64,000 nucleotides of DNA, from contig NW_027362763.1 of assembly GCF_046119375.1 (NCBI RefSeq), positions 62,558,001 through 62,622,000 of the forward strand. The letters run 5' to 3'. Made by a program: the position numbers and the translations under genes. Positions within the stretch are counted from its first letter, which is position 1. Every line of letters starts with the position of its first letter. The notes beneath the pieces were generated by a model. That model searched no databases, was not told the origin of the DNA, and saw only the letters and a program-made list of their open reading frames with translations. The stretch is from Phyllobates terribilis (Eukaryota). Shown here one piece after another: positions 15,056 through 28,280 of the stretch.

Positions 15056-15400
15056 AGGGGTTGTCTGGTGATGATACGTTACATATCACCTATAGCTTGT
15101 TGATTGCTTGGAGACCAGCACCGATTGGCAGAACAGGGAACTTTTATCCCAGTTATAATGGAGAGACGGTGCGCTTCATTCACTCCCTAAGGGGCTGACA
15201 AGCGCTACGCTCTGCTTTTTCTGGCAGCCCCCTAAAGAATGAATGGAGCAGTAGTTGGGAATCCGATCTAATGCTCCGTCTTGTAACAGTGGTAAAAACT
15301 CCCTGTTCTGCCAATTTGTGTGGGTCCCAGCAGTTGGACCCCACCGATTAGCAAGTTATCCTTCAGATAGGTGACTACTTGTTTTCACCTGGCAACCCCT
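15056..15400. mobile_element. T2-like MITE with TTAA target-site duplication, nested in an older repeat
   Basis: TTAA|AGGGGTTGTC ... GGCAACCCCT|TTAA. Confidence 0.8.
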
Positions 15401-15589
15401 TTAAGCTGCAGTACCAGACACAACCTGTGGAGAGGTGTGGCACTGTTTATGAAAAAAAAATAGCCACTTATTGTTGCTCCTGGACTATCTAGGAGGATGT
15501 ATGACTTATATCCTGGGCATCATAAGTTATACATTATACTGTATATAGTGATATGGAACGTGCTGGTATAACTTAGGCATCTTCTCTAT

Positions 15590-15612
15590 ACTTTAAATAG
15601 CGATATATACTT

Positions 15613-15661
<49 letters not shown>

Positions 15662-15784
15662 CTGGTGTAACCTGGGTATCTTCTGTATACAATCATATAT
15701 GTACAGCTGCTATAACCTGGATATCTCCTGTGTATAATTATATATGTACAGTTGGTATAACTTGGGTATCTTCTGTATATAATC

Positions 15785-15825
<41 letters not shown>

Positions 15826-15960
15826 AACACACACACGCACACACACACATCTTCTGTATATAATTTTATATATACAGCTGGTATAACCTGGGTATCTTCT
15901 GTATGTAATCATATGTACAGCTGGTATAACTTGGGTATCTTCTGTATATAATCATATATA

Positions 15961-16025
<65 letters not shown>

Positions 16026-16256
16026 TTTCTGTATATAATTTTATATATACAGCTGGTATAACCTGGGTATCTTCTGTATGTAATCATATGTACAGCTGGT
16101 ATAACCTGGGTATCTTCTGTATATTATTATATATTACAGCTGGTATAACCTGGGTATCTCCTGTATATAATGATACTTGTACAATTACATATGTACAGCT
16201 GATATAATCTTCTGTATATAACTATATATGTACAATTATATAATTACACACACATA

Positions 16257-16311
<55 letters not shown>

Positions 16312-16610
16312 CTGGTATAACCTGGGCATCTTCTGTTTATAACTATATATGTATTGCTGATATAACCTCGGTATCTTTGGTATCTAATTATATATGTACA
16401 GCTGGTATAACCTGGGTATGTTCTATATATAATTATATATGTACAGCTGGTATAACCTGGGTATCTTCTGTATCTAATAATATACTGTATGTACACCTGG
16501 TATAACCTGGGCCTGTTCTGTATATAATTATATATGTACAGCTGATATAATCTGGGCATCTTCTGTATCTAATCATATATGTACAGCTGGTATAACCTGG
16601 GTATCTTCTG
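15590..16610. repeat. Compound repeat: TACAGCTGGTATAACCTGGGTATCTTCTGTATATAAT units interspersed with (TA)n and (CA)n
   Basis: Repeated units seen directly. Confidence 0.9.
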
Positions 16611-17236
16611 TATGTGTTCGTCTCGTGTTCATATGGGGTTAAATCCGATCTACATTTCCTGATCTCCATCCACCATTAGAATAAAGTCTTTAAAAAATTA
16701 ACTTTTCCGTCACAGGGGAGAGCTCTCGCCCAACTCAGGCAACTGGAGTGAATGAATGGAGAACTGAGACGTGTTGGGTTCCCGTGCCTGCACAGAGCCA
16801 GCGCTACACAGTGTTCCCGAGCCGGAATGTGAAGAGGGAAGTGTTGCACAATGTGGCGGGATCCCTTATTAATCAGCGTCCCCACCTCCTGTGTGACGCC
16901 GCCATTCTCTATCCTTGTACAGCTATTGCCCCTGTTTATTTATTGCAATGTATCTTTTGTAAGAAAACATGTTGCTAATATTAAGACTGTGAGCTAATAA
17001 GGGGCCTGCTGTGCCAAGAAGAAGGCTAATTACATTTCAGGGTTCATTCTATGTCGCACAGGAGGATTTTCTTTTTGTACTATTATTAATAAAAAAAAAT
17101 TTTTACTTTATATTATTAATAATAACATTTTTAATTAACCCCATAAAGATCCGGACATTTTTTATTTTTGTTCTTTTTCTCTTCATCTTCCAAGAGCCAT
17201 AAGTTTTAAACATTTTCCCACCGACTTAGTCATAAG

Positions 17237-19525
17237 CAGGGGTGTAACGATCGAAGTCTCAGAGGGTCCAGCCGCAACGGGGTCCATTTCAGCTGGACGC
17301 ACATTCAGCTGCAACGTATTGTATTTTAGTGGCATGGAAGACATTATACCAGGAAGAGGCCCATGATGAGGAACATTATACCAGGATGGGGCCCAGGAAG
17401 TGGTACAGTCCCAGAATAGGGGACATTATTACAGGAATAAGCTCAGGATGGGGGTCATTATTACTGGAAGGGGCCCAGGGTGAGGGACATTATACCAAGA
17501 AGAACCTAAGATGAAGGACATTACAGCAGGAAGGGCGATATTGTACCAGGATGGGGGGCATTATTACTGAAAGGTTCTCAGGATGGGGGACATTATACCA
17601 AAACGGGGCCAAGGATGAGGATTATTACTGGAATGGGCTCAGGATGGTGGACATTATACCAGGAAGGGACCCAAGATGGGAGGATATTATTACTGGAAGG
17701 GGCACAGGATGGCGGACATTTTACCAGGAAGCGACTCAGGATGGGGGACATTATACCTGGAAGGAACCCTGCATGGAGAACATACAAGGAAAGGGTTCAG
17801 TATGGAGAACATTAATATTGGAAGGGGCTCAGGATGGGGGACATTATACTAGGAAGAGGCCCAGGATGGGGGACATAATTACAGGAATGGGCTCAGGATG
17901 GAAGGGCATTATTACTGGAAGGGGCACAGGATAGGGGACATTATACCAGGAAGTGGCCCAGGATGGGGGACATTATACTAGGAAGAGGTCCAGGATAGGG
18001 GACATTATTACAGGAATAGGCTTAGGATGGGGGACATTATTATTGGAAGGGGCCCAGGGTGAGGGACATTATACCAAGAAGAGCCTAGGATGGAGACATT
18101 ACAGCAGGAAGGGCGATATTATACCAGGATGGGGGGCATTATTACTGAAAGGTTCTCAGGATTTGGGACATTATAACAAAACAGGGCCAAGGATGGGGAA
18201 CATAATTACTGGAATGGGGTCAGGATTGGGGACATTATACCAGGAAGGGACCCAGGATGGGGACATTATACCAGGAAGGGGCGCTGCATGAGGCACATGC
18301 AAGGAAAGGGTTCAGGATGGAGGACAATAATATTGGAAGGGGCTCAGGATGGGGGACATTATTACAGGAATGGGCTCAGGATGGAAGGGCATTATTACTG
18401 GATGGGGGACATTATACTAGGAAGAGGCCCAGGATATGGGACATTATTACAGGAATAGGCTCAGGATGGGGGGCATTATTATTGGAAGGGGCCCAGGGTG
18501 AGGGACATTATACCAAGAAGAGCCTAGGATGGAAGACATTACAGCAGGAAGGGCGATATTATACCGGGATGGGTACATACAAGGAAAGGGTTCAGGACGG
18601 AGGACATTAACATTGGAAGGGGCTCAGGATGGGGGACATTATTACAGGAATGGACTCAGGATGGAAGGGCATTATTATTGGAAGGGGCCCAGGGTGAGGG
18701 ACATTATACCAAGTAGAGCCTAGGATGGAGACATTACAGCAGGAAGGGCGATATTATACCAGGATGGGGGGCATTATTACTGAAAGGTTCTCAGGATGGG
18801 GGACATTATAACAAAACAGGGCCAAGGATGGGGAACATTATTACTGGAATGGGGTCAGGATTGGGGACATTATACCAGGAAGGGACCCAGGATGGGGGAC
18901 ATTATACCAGGAAGGGGCGCTGCATGAGGAACATACAAGGAAAGGGTTCAGGATGGAGGACATTAATATTGGAAGGGGCTCAGGATGGGGGACATTATTA
19001 CAGGAATGGGCTCAGGATGGAAGGGCATTATTACTGGATGGGGGACATTATACTAGGAAGAGGCCCAGGATATGGGACATTATTACAGGGATAGGCTCAG
19101 GATGGGGGGCATTATTATTGGAAGGGGCCCAGGGTGAGGGACATTATACCAAGAAGAGCCTAGGATGGAAGACATTACAGCAGGAAGGGCGATATTATAC
19201 CGGGATGGGTACATACAAGGAAAGGGTTCAGGACGGAGGACATTAACATTGGAAGGGGCTCAGGATGGGGGACATTATTACAGGAATGGGCTCAGGATGG
19301 AAGGGCATTATTACTGGAAGCGGCCCAGGATGGGGGACATTATACTAGGAAACGGCCATGATGGGGATTATTACAGGATGGGGACATCATTACATGGGGG
19401 GATAAACACGTATGTCTTTATAGGATCTAGAATGCTACAAGGGCCCATACATCTGACCAACATGCAGTTGGGGACCCAGTACCAAATTTTGCACCAGGGA
19501 CCATCGGAGTCTAGTTACGCCACTG
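17237..19525 (+). mobile_element. Non-autonomous hAT-like element whose interior is a ~2 kb G-rich ~31-bp minisatellite (GGAAGGGGCCCAGGATGGGGGACATTATTACT)
   Basis: Imperfect terminal inverted repeats CAGGGGTGTAAC ... GTTACGCCACTG; array at ~17330-19400; the non-repetitive 3' tail is shared with the copy at 46070-46897. The hAT assignment is inferred from TIR style. Confidence 0.7.
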
Positions 19526-22479
19526 TCCATATGAAGGCTTTTGTCTGGTGAGTTGTAGTTTTGAATTACACCATTCACTTCACCATAAAAAAACCTGAAT
19601 ATTGGGAAAAAGATTTCAACTGCAGTGAAATAGTGAAAAAAAGCAATTTCCCTCAACAATCTCCAGGTGAGTATGATTGCGGCGATACCAGATTTGTATG
19701 GCTTTTTTAATATTTTAGTGTTTAAAACATTCAGAACTTTGTAAAATAAAAAAAAATTGGTTTGTGTCGGCATTTTTTGAGACCCGTAACTTTTTTATTT
19801 TTCCTTCGGTGAGAATGACTAAGCACTTGAGTTTTTTTGTGTGGCGAGCTATTGTTTTTATTGACGCCATTTGGGAATGCTTAGGACATCTTGATCTCTT
19901 TGGGGGGGTGCAGGGATTGGGAAATGGCAATTCTAGTGGTATGATTATTTGTTGTTGTTTTAACTCCATTTACATTATGGATTAATCTTACACTTTCACA
20001 GATCGGACTCTTACAGATGTGGCGATACCAAATTATTATTTTTTATTTATTATCACATGCGGAAAAGTTGGGTGATTAGAATTTTTTTTTTTAATAGTTT
20101 GAACTTTTTTTTATGCACATGTGACTTTTTTTTACTGCCCTTAAGAAACTTGAACCTGCAATCATATGATTACTATGGTCCTAAAAATTAACAGGCAGGT
20201 AAATGCTAACAGAATCAACTAGCTGCCTGTTGTACCCGCTCCTGCTGGTGATTCTGCTGTCCCAAGTCATCAGAGCAGCTCTTCTTCTGGGGTGCTCTGT
20301 GAGTACCGACGTCGTGCGGATTGACAGCCGATGTCACGCAAGGTGAGAGAAAGACTAAGTGCAACACGAAGGGAAGAGGGGGAGGAAGCCAAAATACTAG
20401 GGAAAGGAGACCCCTAGGCAGATTTAATATCACCCTGCCTGTTAGAACCCTCCTGTTTGTTTTTTTCCATCTTGTGTTTTGTGGTCACGTAACCATCTGC
20501 CTTTATATTCCAGCTCCGCCCTTTTGGCTGTGCTGGACTTCAGTGTTTGACTGTTTCTCTAGCCAGGTGCTTCTGTGCCTTTCTCTGTCAGTTCACTTGG
20601 TCCTTCTGGAACCTCTAGTACCTTTTTGTCAGTTTGTCTTTTGTGTTCTGCAACAACTTCTCTGTTTAGGAGGTGTCCCATTTTTTGTCCCAGTCCTTAG
20701 TTCTTTTAGGGACCCCTCCCTTAATGCTATAGGTCTTCGCTCAGACTAGCCAAAGACTAAGGCGGGTCTGTTCACTAGGAACAGGCTGCCCGCTCCATCG
20801 TAGGGATTCAGCTTAGTCTTACTGTAGGGATAGCTTTCCTCTATCTTTCCTTAGTACATGTTGCAGATCATAACACTGCCTACCCTATATAGGTTCCACA
20901 CATATTGCCGAGCAGGAACCTAAGCCCTGAATGTCCCTAGAGCTTGGCCCTAGATATTGAGGGGACGGGGTGAGCACTAGTCAGGCCCCACTACAAACTA
21001 AAGACAACAAGGTAGACAAACAAAGGTGATACACTTAGCTTGAGCAGACACCAGAGAGAAAACGGCAACTGTCCTCAAAGGGCACCAGAGAAGAAATTTA
21101 TCTGACTGTTAGTGCTCCAAGTCTGCACACAGGTACATAGAACTATCACCAGCAACTCTCTGGAGAAACTGAGATTATTTAACTACCCAGAAAGGGTTTG
21201 TCAATCAGCAGCAGAAGTTGGAGGTTGCTGCTGGGTCCTAAAGGAAGAAGGATATAACTATACTACAAAGATGAGGGAATCAAGAAGGCGTTTGCAATGC
21301 CAAGCGCAGTGACCTTCTACATCTGGTTCCTGAGCAACTGTCTGTCACACCTGACACACCCATGACAGCTGGTTCCCAGCAGTTAGGCAGCAGGGTGTCA
21401 GCTGTCAATCAACATGACGTCAGCAGTCACGCCCCTTCAACAGAGTGGAAGAGAAGCCACTGCTCTGTCGACGTGACATCAGCATAAGCCACTAAAGCGC
21501 CGGCAGGAGCGGTCTGTGACTGCTCTGTGCCAGCAGAGATTGGCACTGGGCACAACAGGCGGGTAGTAAAAAACTAAATAGTCCTGGGCTTCATAGATGT
21601 CCCAGCTTATGGTGGGGCTCCATGGGTGTACCAAGATGGCAAAGATGAGGGTCTTCAGAAGGCCCCCTGCTGCCATGATGACTCATTGGCACCCCTTGAT
21701 AGCGTCGCACCTGCACTAGAACTCAAATCTCTCCTCCTATCCAGCTGTCAATCAAGATGACTTCAACTGTGAGCAGAAGAGAAGGAACCCGTCTATTGAT
21801 GGGATGATAAATAATAAAATATTAATATAAATTATTAGTCATCTCATCACCTTTGCACAGTCATTTCATTACATAGTCTAAAATAATCAGTCCTGGAATA
21901 CTCTTTTAAGGAGACTTAAGTTTCATTTATAGTTCCTACAGGGGCAAGGATTATACATCCCATAGTGGCTGCCAATCAGTTTGAGAACTTGCCCTTGGAC
22001 GCCCTCTCGGAGAAGCTGTTAGGTTCTGCTAAATATGGCTTCTGAAGATCCTTGGAGCCTAAGTCACATTTTAAAAGATGCTACTTGTGACCATGACAGA
22101 TACGGAACTGGGTCATAACTACAAGTGTAAACCGAGCCTTAATGGGTTACTCCCAAAAAAAAGTGCCGTGAATAGGGAACTTGATTGCTGAAGGTCTAAA
22201 ACACCTAAGAATCCCCAAAACAGTCCTGAATTGAACAAAGGTATGTATGTGCGGGCTCCGCTCCATTCATTGTCTATTAGACTGCCGCATATAGCGCTTG
22301 CCTATTTCCAGTAGGTCCCATAGACAATGAATGGACCAGAGGCCAAGCATGCATTCGGGATCCCTGAGATCATCAAGTTAGTCCCTATCACTTGTGGAAT
22401 AATCAACATTGATCAGCCATCCACATTGTCCCCTAGACAATGAACGGAGTGGTAGTGCACATGTGTGATCAGTGATCTA

Positions 22480-22835
22480 TTCAGATGGAGAACACAGACC
22501 CTTGATCTTGGGATGGATCAGTAGAGGTCCCAGTGGTAGGACTTCCAGCAATCAAACCCTTATCCTATGGATGGACAATAAATGTTGTGGCGATCAGTGC
22601 AGTGATCTATTTAGCTGGAGAATGCGGACCCTTGATCTTGGGATGGATCAGTAGGGGTCCCAGGGGTAGAACATCCAGCAATCAGACAGTTATCCTATGG
22701 ATGGACAATAAATGTTGTGGTGATCTATTCAGCTGGAGAACACGGACCCTTGATCTTGGGATGGATTAGTAGAGGTCCCAGTGGTAGGACATCCAGCAAT
22801 CAGACACTTATCCTATGGATGGACAATAAATGTTT
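22480..22835. repeat. Three tandem copies of a ~130-145 bp unit (GATCTATTCAGCTGGAGAACACGGACCCTTGATCTTGGGATGG...GGACAATAAATG)
   Basis: Triplication seen directly. Confidence 0.85.
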
Positions 22836-23899
22836 GTCATTCCCCAAAAAATCAAGTTTTCTCCTATTCACAGATTAGGGGCTAACTTGACGATCTCTGG
22901 GGGTCCAAACGCTGGAATAACATGTGCAGCCTTAGCTCTATTCAAGCTCCAGTGCTTTCTTATCCTACCAAAATGGGACCCCAAATAGTGACTTTTGTTT
23001 AGAGACCCTCGTCTTCTATGTTCTCCACTGTACAAGGAAAATCTAGTATCACATGGCGCACATTCAAGTAGAACATAATGTGTATATAAAAGGGGCAAGA
23101 ATCCAGAATTGTCACTTCGGGTCCACTTTAAAAAACTATAGGGGATTTAGCCCTAGACCAACGTTAGGATAAGTTCGTAAGTGGCAGATTTTTTTAAAGT
23201 GAAGATCCCATTAAATACATGTGAAGGGAATCGCTTCTGTAGGGTTTGCAAGGATTTTTTTAGTTTTTTTAAATGATGAGCCATAAATTGTGGGGTGGAT
23301 CTATAAGATTCTTTAGCGCTACGCCATGGGGCCATCGAACGTCCAAACTAGGGAAAAGAAGGGGCTCCTAAATGTAGACTATCTCTTTGTCTGTCTCCAA
23401 ATTACCCCATTGTGCTGGTGGGGATCTTATTAACAGCAATGTCATGTGTCTCTCGCTTCTATTATCTACCCCACTGCTTATATCATAGCGGAGAGTGTGA
23501 ATAATGGAAAGACAGGAAGCGGACCACCACGGGGGATTCACAATACGCCAACATGGTCATACAGAAAATAAGGGAAAAAAGCAAAACTTTCTCCGGAGAC
23601 CACCATGAGGCATGAGACAGCGTTTCCACAGGAGTGTACAGTATATACATAGAGGGTTCTGTGCACAGTTTTATACATTATATTATATTAATCCCTTAAA
23701 GACAACTCCCTGGACTACAGGACTGAAAGAGATGTTTAGTTCTCAGCGTCCTTTCATCCTGGTAATTTTTGCATTGAAGCAGGTGTACAGGGTAAGAGGA
23801 TTGTTTCTTTGTTATGGCAACAGTGGTACTTTCTATGATGATTTGGAGCACAATTTAAGGGGTTATTCGGGACTTTGCTTATTTTTCCCTATGGGAATC

Positions 23900-25297
23900 A
23901 GACCTTACAGGCAGGTAGTTGCCTTTACTGACATGTGACAGAACGGCCGATGCTGCAGAGCTCATTGACACCTGCGTGGTCCTCTAATAGGAGCCACCGG
24001 GGTAATAAGTCCGTTCATAACATTTCTTCCTCCTGAATCTTCTCCCATCACCTGTGAGTGATATTATTGAGAAGTGGAAGAAACCGCAGCAACTCAGCCA
24101 CGAAGGGAAGACCCTGTAGCGTTACAGAGCGGGGGGCCGAGTGCTGACGGACAGAGGGCAGAAAAGTCACCACTGCTCTGCTGATCCCATAACTGCAGAG
24201 TCCAGACCTCCTCTGATATAACATCAGCACAAACACTGCGCCCCCGCCAGGAGCTTCATGGCCGAGCAGCTGCATGCAGCCGTACATCTCCAAGCACAAT
24301 GCCGAGCATTGGATGGAGTGGTGTAAAGCGGCCACCACTGGGCTCTGGAGGAGACGTGTTCTGTGCAGTGACGGATCACACTTTTGTATGTGGCGTCTGA
24401 TGGATGAGTCTTAGTTTGGTGATTGCAGGAGAACGTTACCCCCTGACTGCATTGTGCCCACTGTACAGCTGGTGGAGGAGGATAATGCTAAGTGCTTGTT
24501 TTCAGGGGTCGGCCTTGGGCCCTTCACTTCAGTTAAGGGAAATCTTAATGCCTCAGCACAAGATATTAAGGACAATTGTAGCCTTCAGCTTTGTGGGAAC
24601 AGTGGGAAAAGGAAGACCCTTTTCTGTTCCCCATAACTGTGTCCAGTGCACAAGGTCCATACAGACATGGAGGAAGGGGACATGACCGACTGCGCAGGCC
24701 TCAACCACATCCTGCACATATACCAGAGATTGTGGGCCCGGCTTCTCCCCAACATCAGGGTCTGACCTGATCTCTTCATCCAAAAGAGACATTGACTGTG
24801 CCCAGTGCACAAGGTCCATACAGACATGGAGGAAGGGGACATGACCGACTGCGCAGGCCTCAGCCACATCCTGCACATATGCCAGAGATTGTGGGCCCGG
24901 CTTCTCCCCAACATCAGGGTCTGACCTGATCTCTTCATCCAAAAGAGACATTGACTGTGCCCAGTGCACAAGGTCCATACAGACATGGTTGGAAAAGTTT
25001 GGTGGAAGAACCTGAGCGCCCGCACAGAGCCCGGACCTCGGCCCCATCCAACACCTATAATGGAGATTGTGAGCCCGTCCCCGTCCCCCAACATCAGGGT
25101 CTGACCTCACAAATGCTCTTCTGGATGAAGGGACAAAAATCCCACAGAAGCCTCCAAAATCTTATAGAAATCCTTCCCGGAAGAGCAGGAGCTGTTATAT
25201 CTGCAGAGGAGCCGACTCCATATTAATATCTATGAATGTAGAATGGGAGGTCAGGGAAGCTCATGGAGGTGTAATAATATTTTTGTCCATATAATGA
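23900..25297 (+). pseudogene. Decayed Tc1-family transposon with frameshifted transposase and an internal 159-bp triplication
   Basis: Broken frames resemble Tc1 motifs (IIEKWK, VLxSDxS, FSGVGLGP..VKGNLNAS, WPAQxxDLN); GTGCACAAGGTCCATACAGACATGG recurs at 24646, 24805 and 24964. Confidence 0.8.
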
Positions 25298-27129
25298 TTA
25301 TGTGTCCAAATGTATCCACATAAAGAACAAATCCTCTAATCCGGCAATCAATGGTACAGAATTTCCTCCTGCCTCTTGGGAAAATCAGCCCTATTTCAAT
25401 CTTAGTACCGTGTCTTATCACCTCTTTACGCCCCCAGGCTGCTCCCGTGGGTTCACATACTTCTTTGTACAGGACAATCCCTGTTTTTTGTTTTGTTAGG
25501 ATAATACAAAAACATTCCGAACTTTATTAACCCATTGCTGAGCTACAGAAGAAATATTTTCCCCGTTGCTTAATGAGGGTAATTAAATCTGTTTGTCTAA
25601 TTATTGTTATTGCGCTTCTTGTTGATATTACATTAAGTCTAATTGTCAGGTGTAGACGGGGGGTAAAACATCCCGCGGTCGCCTTAGTGCACCGGGAACG
25701 GGCCATCTCTGTTGTTTTTAGCATTTGCATCATCTCCACGTGACGCTGAGTGTTACATTTGCCTTCGACACATATTACGGATACAGTTCCGTTCATTAAT
25801 TCTCGCTCGCTTTGCAAGGAAAAAAGTGACATATAAGCAAAGTTGTTCTCCTTCGCTGTGCGCAGAGCGTGGAGATATACAAATCGCCACTTCCTACAGG
25901 CTCGGGACACCGGTGGGGGATGGGGGGGCATATTTCTCTCTTTTGGTTGAACGTTGCTCCTCTCTGGAGTATTTGCTTGAAAAATATAAGTCTATTTGCA
26001 AAACTAAAGAGGATGATTATTAAAGAAAGGCATTTAACCCTTTCACCCCTCCCCCCAAAAAAACAGCTTCTCCAACCTGAAAAGTGCAATTGTCTATCTC
26101 CGTATGCCAATATTTAAAGGGTTTGTATACTTTTGCAATCTACTTTACGTATTATTCTAATTCATCAAAGCGAAACAAATAAAAGTAACTTTGCAAATTT
26201 TCCTATTTAAACATCCTACCGTTTGGTGCCTACAGCTCCCATGCAAACATATGTGTTGCTATAGTTACAGACTACAAACAATTTCTGTCTGTAGTCTGTT
26301 GTCACTCATGTTGTTTTTTTTTTACCTAAAATTAAGCAAGTAAAGGGGGAGCAATAACTCATGATTACGCAGGGTTGGCTTCTAATTATGGAGACACATA
26401 GATATGCACAGGAGCTGTATAGTGACTGTTTTATTTGCGACTTTTTTAAAGGTTACTTTATTTTGCCGCATTCTGCGACACTTTGTGAAACTAATTAAAG
26501 TCAGGGGAAAAAAAATAGGGCTTTGTGCAAAATTCTTGAATCCACAAGTTAAAAAAGAAAAGTAACAATCATCAATTTTTTTCTATGGAGTCTGATGTAG
26601 GAATAGAGACCCTGATTCCAGTGATGTATCACTTACTGGGCTGCTTGCTACAGTTTTGATAAAATTCCTGTTTTCTCTACTGTAGATGTAGAAAATGCTG
26701 AGCTGTGTATAAGCCTGCCCACATCACTGATTGGAAGATTCCTGTGTACACTGTCAGCAAACTGCCAATCAATGGTGGGGGCGGGGTTACACAGAGCAGG
26801 AGGACTACATGACAGGAGACACCTAGTCCTGTAGCAATAATCTCCTGCTGATAAAACGCTCATTGTATTGAAACTACAGCAAGTGACACATCCTTGGAAT
26901 CAGGCTCTCTGTCCCCGCATTATTTTGCTCTCAGACTAAATAGCAAAAGCCTGCTGACAGATTCCCTTTAAGAAAAAAAACACAAATGATATATTGGACC
27001 CTATGTATTTTCACAATAAAAAAATTACTCCAAAGTGCCCGGCCGTTAGGTCTCTCCCTTCTAACTGGCTGCCCACTGCCAAATGAATGCAATCCATCTC
27101 CATGCATCTCTAACAGTGTAGAAAAGGAC

Positions 27130-28280
27130 TATGGAAAGTGGGGGCGGATCTGTGTCTCTTTCTACAGGAAGTGGGGTCTTTTGTCTTCCTCTAAAGCAAG
27201 TGGAGGTGGGTCTTGGGCTCTCTCTACAGGAAGTATGGGCGGGTCTTTGTCCTTCTACAGGAACTGGGGGCGGATATTTGTCTCTCTACAGGAGGTGGGG
27301 GCAGGTCTTTGTCTCTCTCTACAGGAAGTGGGGGCGGGTCTTTGTATCTCTATACAGGAAGTGGGGGCGGGTCTTTGCATCTCTCTACAGGAAGTGGGGG
27401 CGGGTCTTTGTCCTTCAACAGGAAGTGGGGATGGGTCTTTGTCCTTCAACAGGAAGTGGGGATGGGTCTTTGTCCCTCTCAACAGGAAGTTTGGGCAGGT
27501 CTTTGTCCTTCTACAAAAAGTAGGGGCAGGTATTTGTATCTGCATGAAGTGTGGGCGAGTCTTTGTTTCTCTCTACAGGAAGTGGGGGCGGATCTTTGTC
27601 TCTCTTTACAGGAAGTTGGGGCGGGTCTTTGTCTTTCTACAGGAAGTGGGGGTGAGTCTTTGTCTCTCTCTACAGAAAGTGGGGCGGGTATTTGTCTCTC
27701 TATACAGTTAATGGGGGTGGGTATTTGTCTCTCTCTACATTAAGTGGGATAGGTCTTTGTCTCTCTATACAGGAAGTGGGGTGGGTCTTTGTCTTTCGCT
27801 ACAGGAAGTGGGGGCAGGTATCTGTCTATACAGGAAGTGTGGGCATGTCATTGTCCTTCTACAGGAAATGGGGCTGGGTCTTTGTCTTTCGCTACAGGAA
27901 GTGGGGGCAGGTATCTGTCTTTCTCTACAGGAAGCGTGGGCATGTCATTGTCCTTCTACAGGAAGTGGGGGAAGGTCTTTGACTACAGGAAGTGGGGGCA
28001 GGTCTTTGTGTTTCTCTACAGGAAGTGGGGATGGGTCTTTGTCTCTCTTTATGGGAATTGAGGGAAGATCTTAGTCTCTCTAAAGAAAATGTAGGTGTTT
28101 TTTTGTCCTACATGAAGTGGGGGCAGGGCTTTGTCTCTCTGCAGAACATAGGGGCGAGTCTCTGTCTATATTTACAGGAAATGTGGTCTGGTCTTTGTCC
28201 GTCTACAGAAAGTGGGGGAGGTTCTTTGTCTCTCTACAGGAACTGTGAGCGGGTCTTTGTCTCTCTATAAGAAGTAGAGG
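27130..28280. repeat. Minisatellite, ~31-33 bp unit ACAGGAAGTGGGGGCGGGTCTTTGTCTCTCTCT; interrupted at its right end by the LTR element
   Basis: About 30 degenerate copies; a unit remnant (TTTGTCTCCTCACAGGAACTG) continues after 33275. Confidence 0.9.

Noticed and set aside
20333-20875. Possible solo LTR (TGTCACG...CATAACA)
   Set aside because: TG..CA ends and a TATA-like motif are present, but there is no matching TSD or second copy to confirm.
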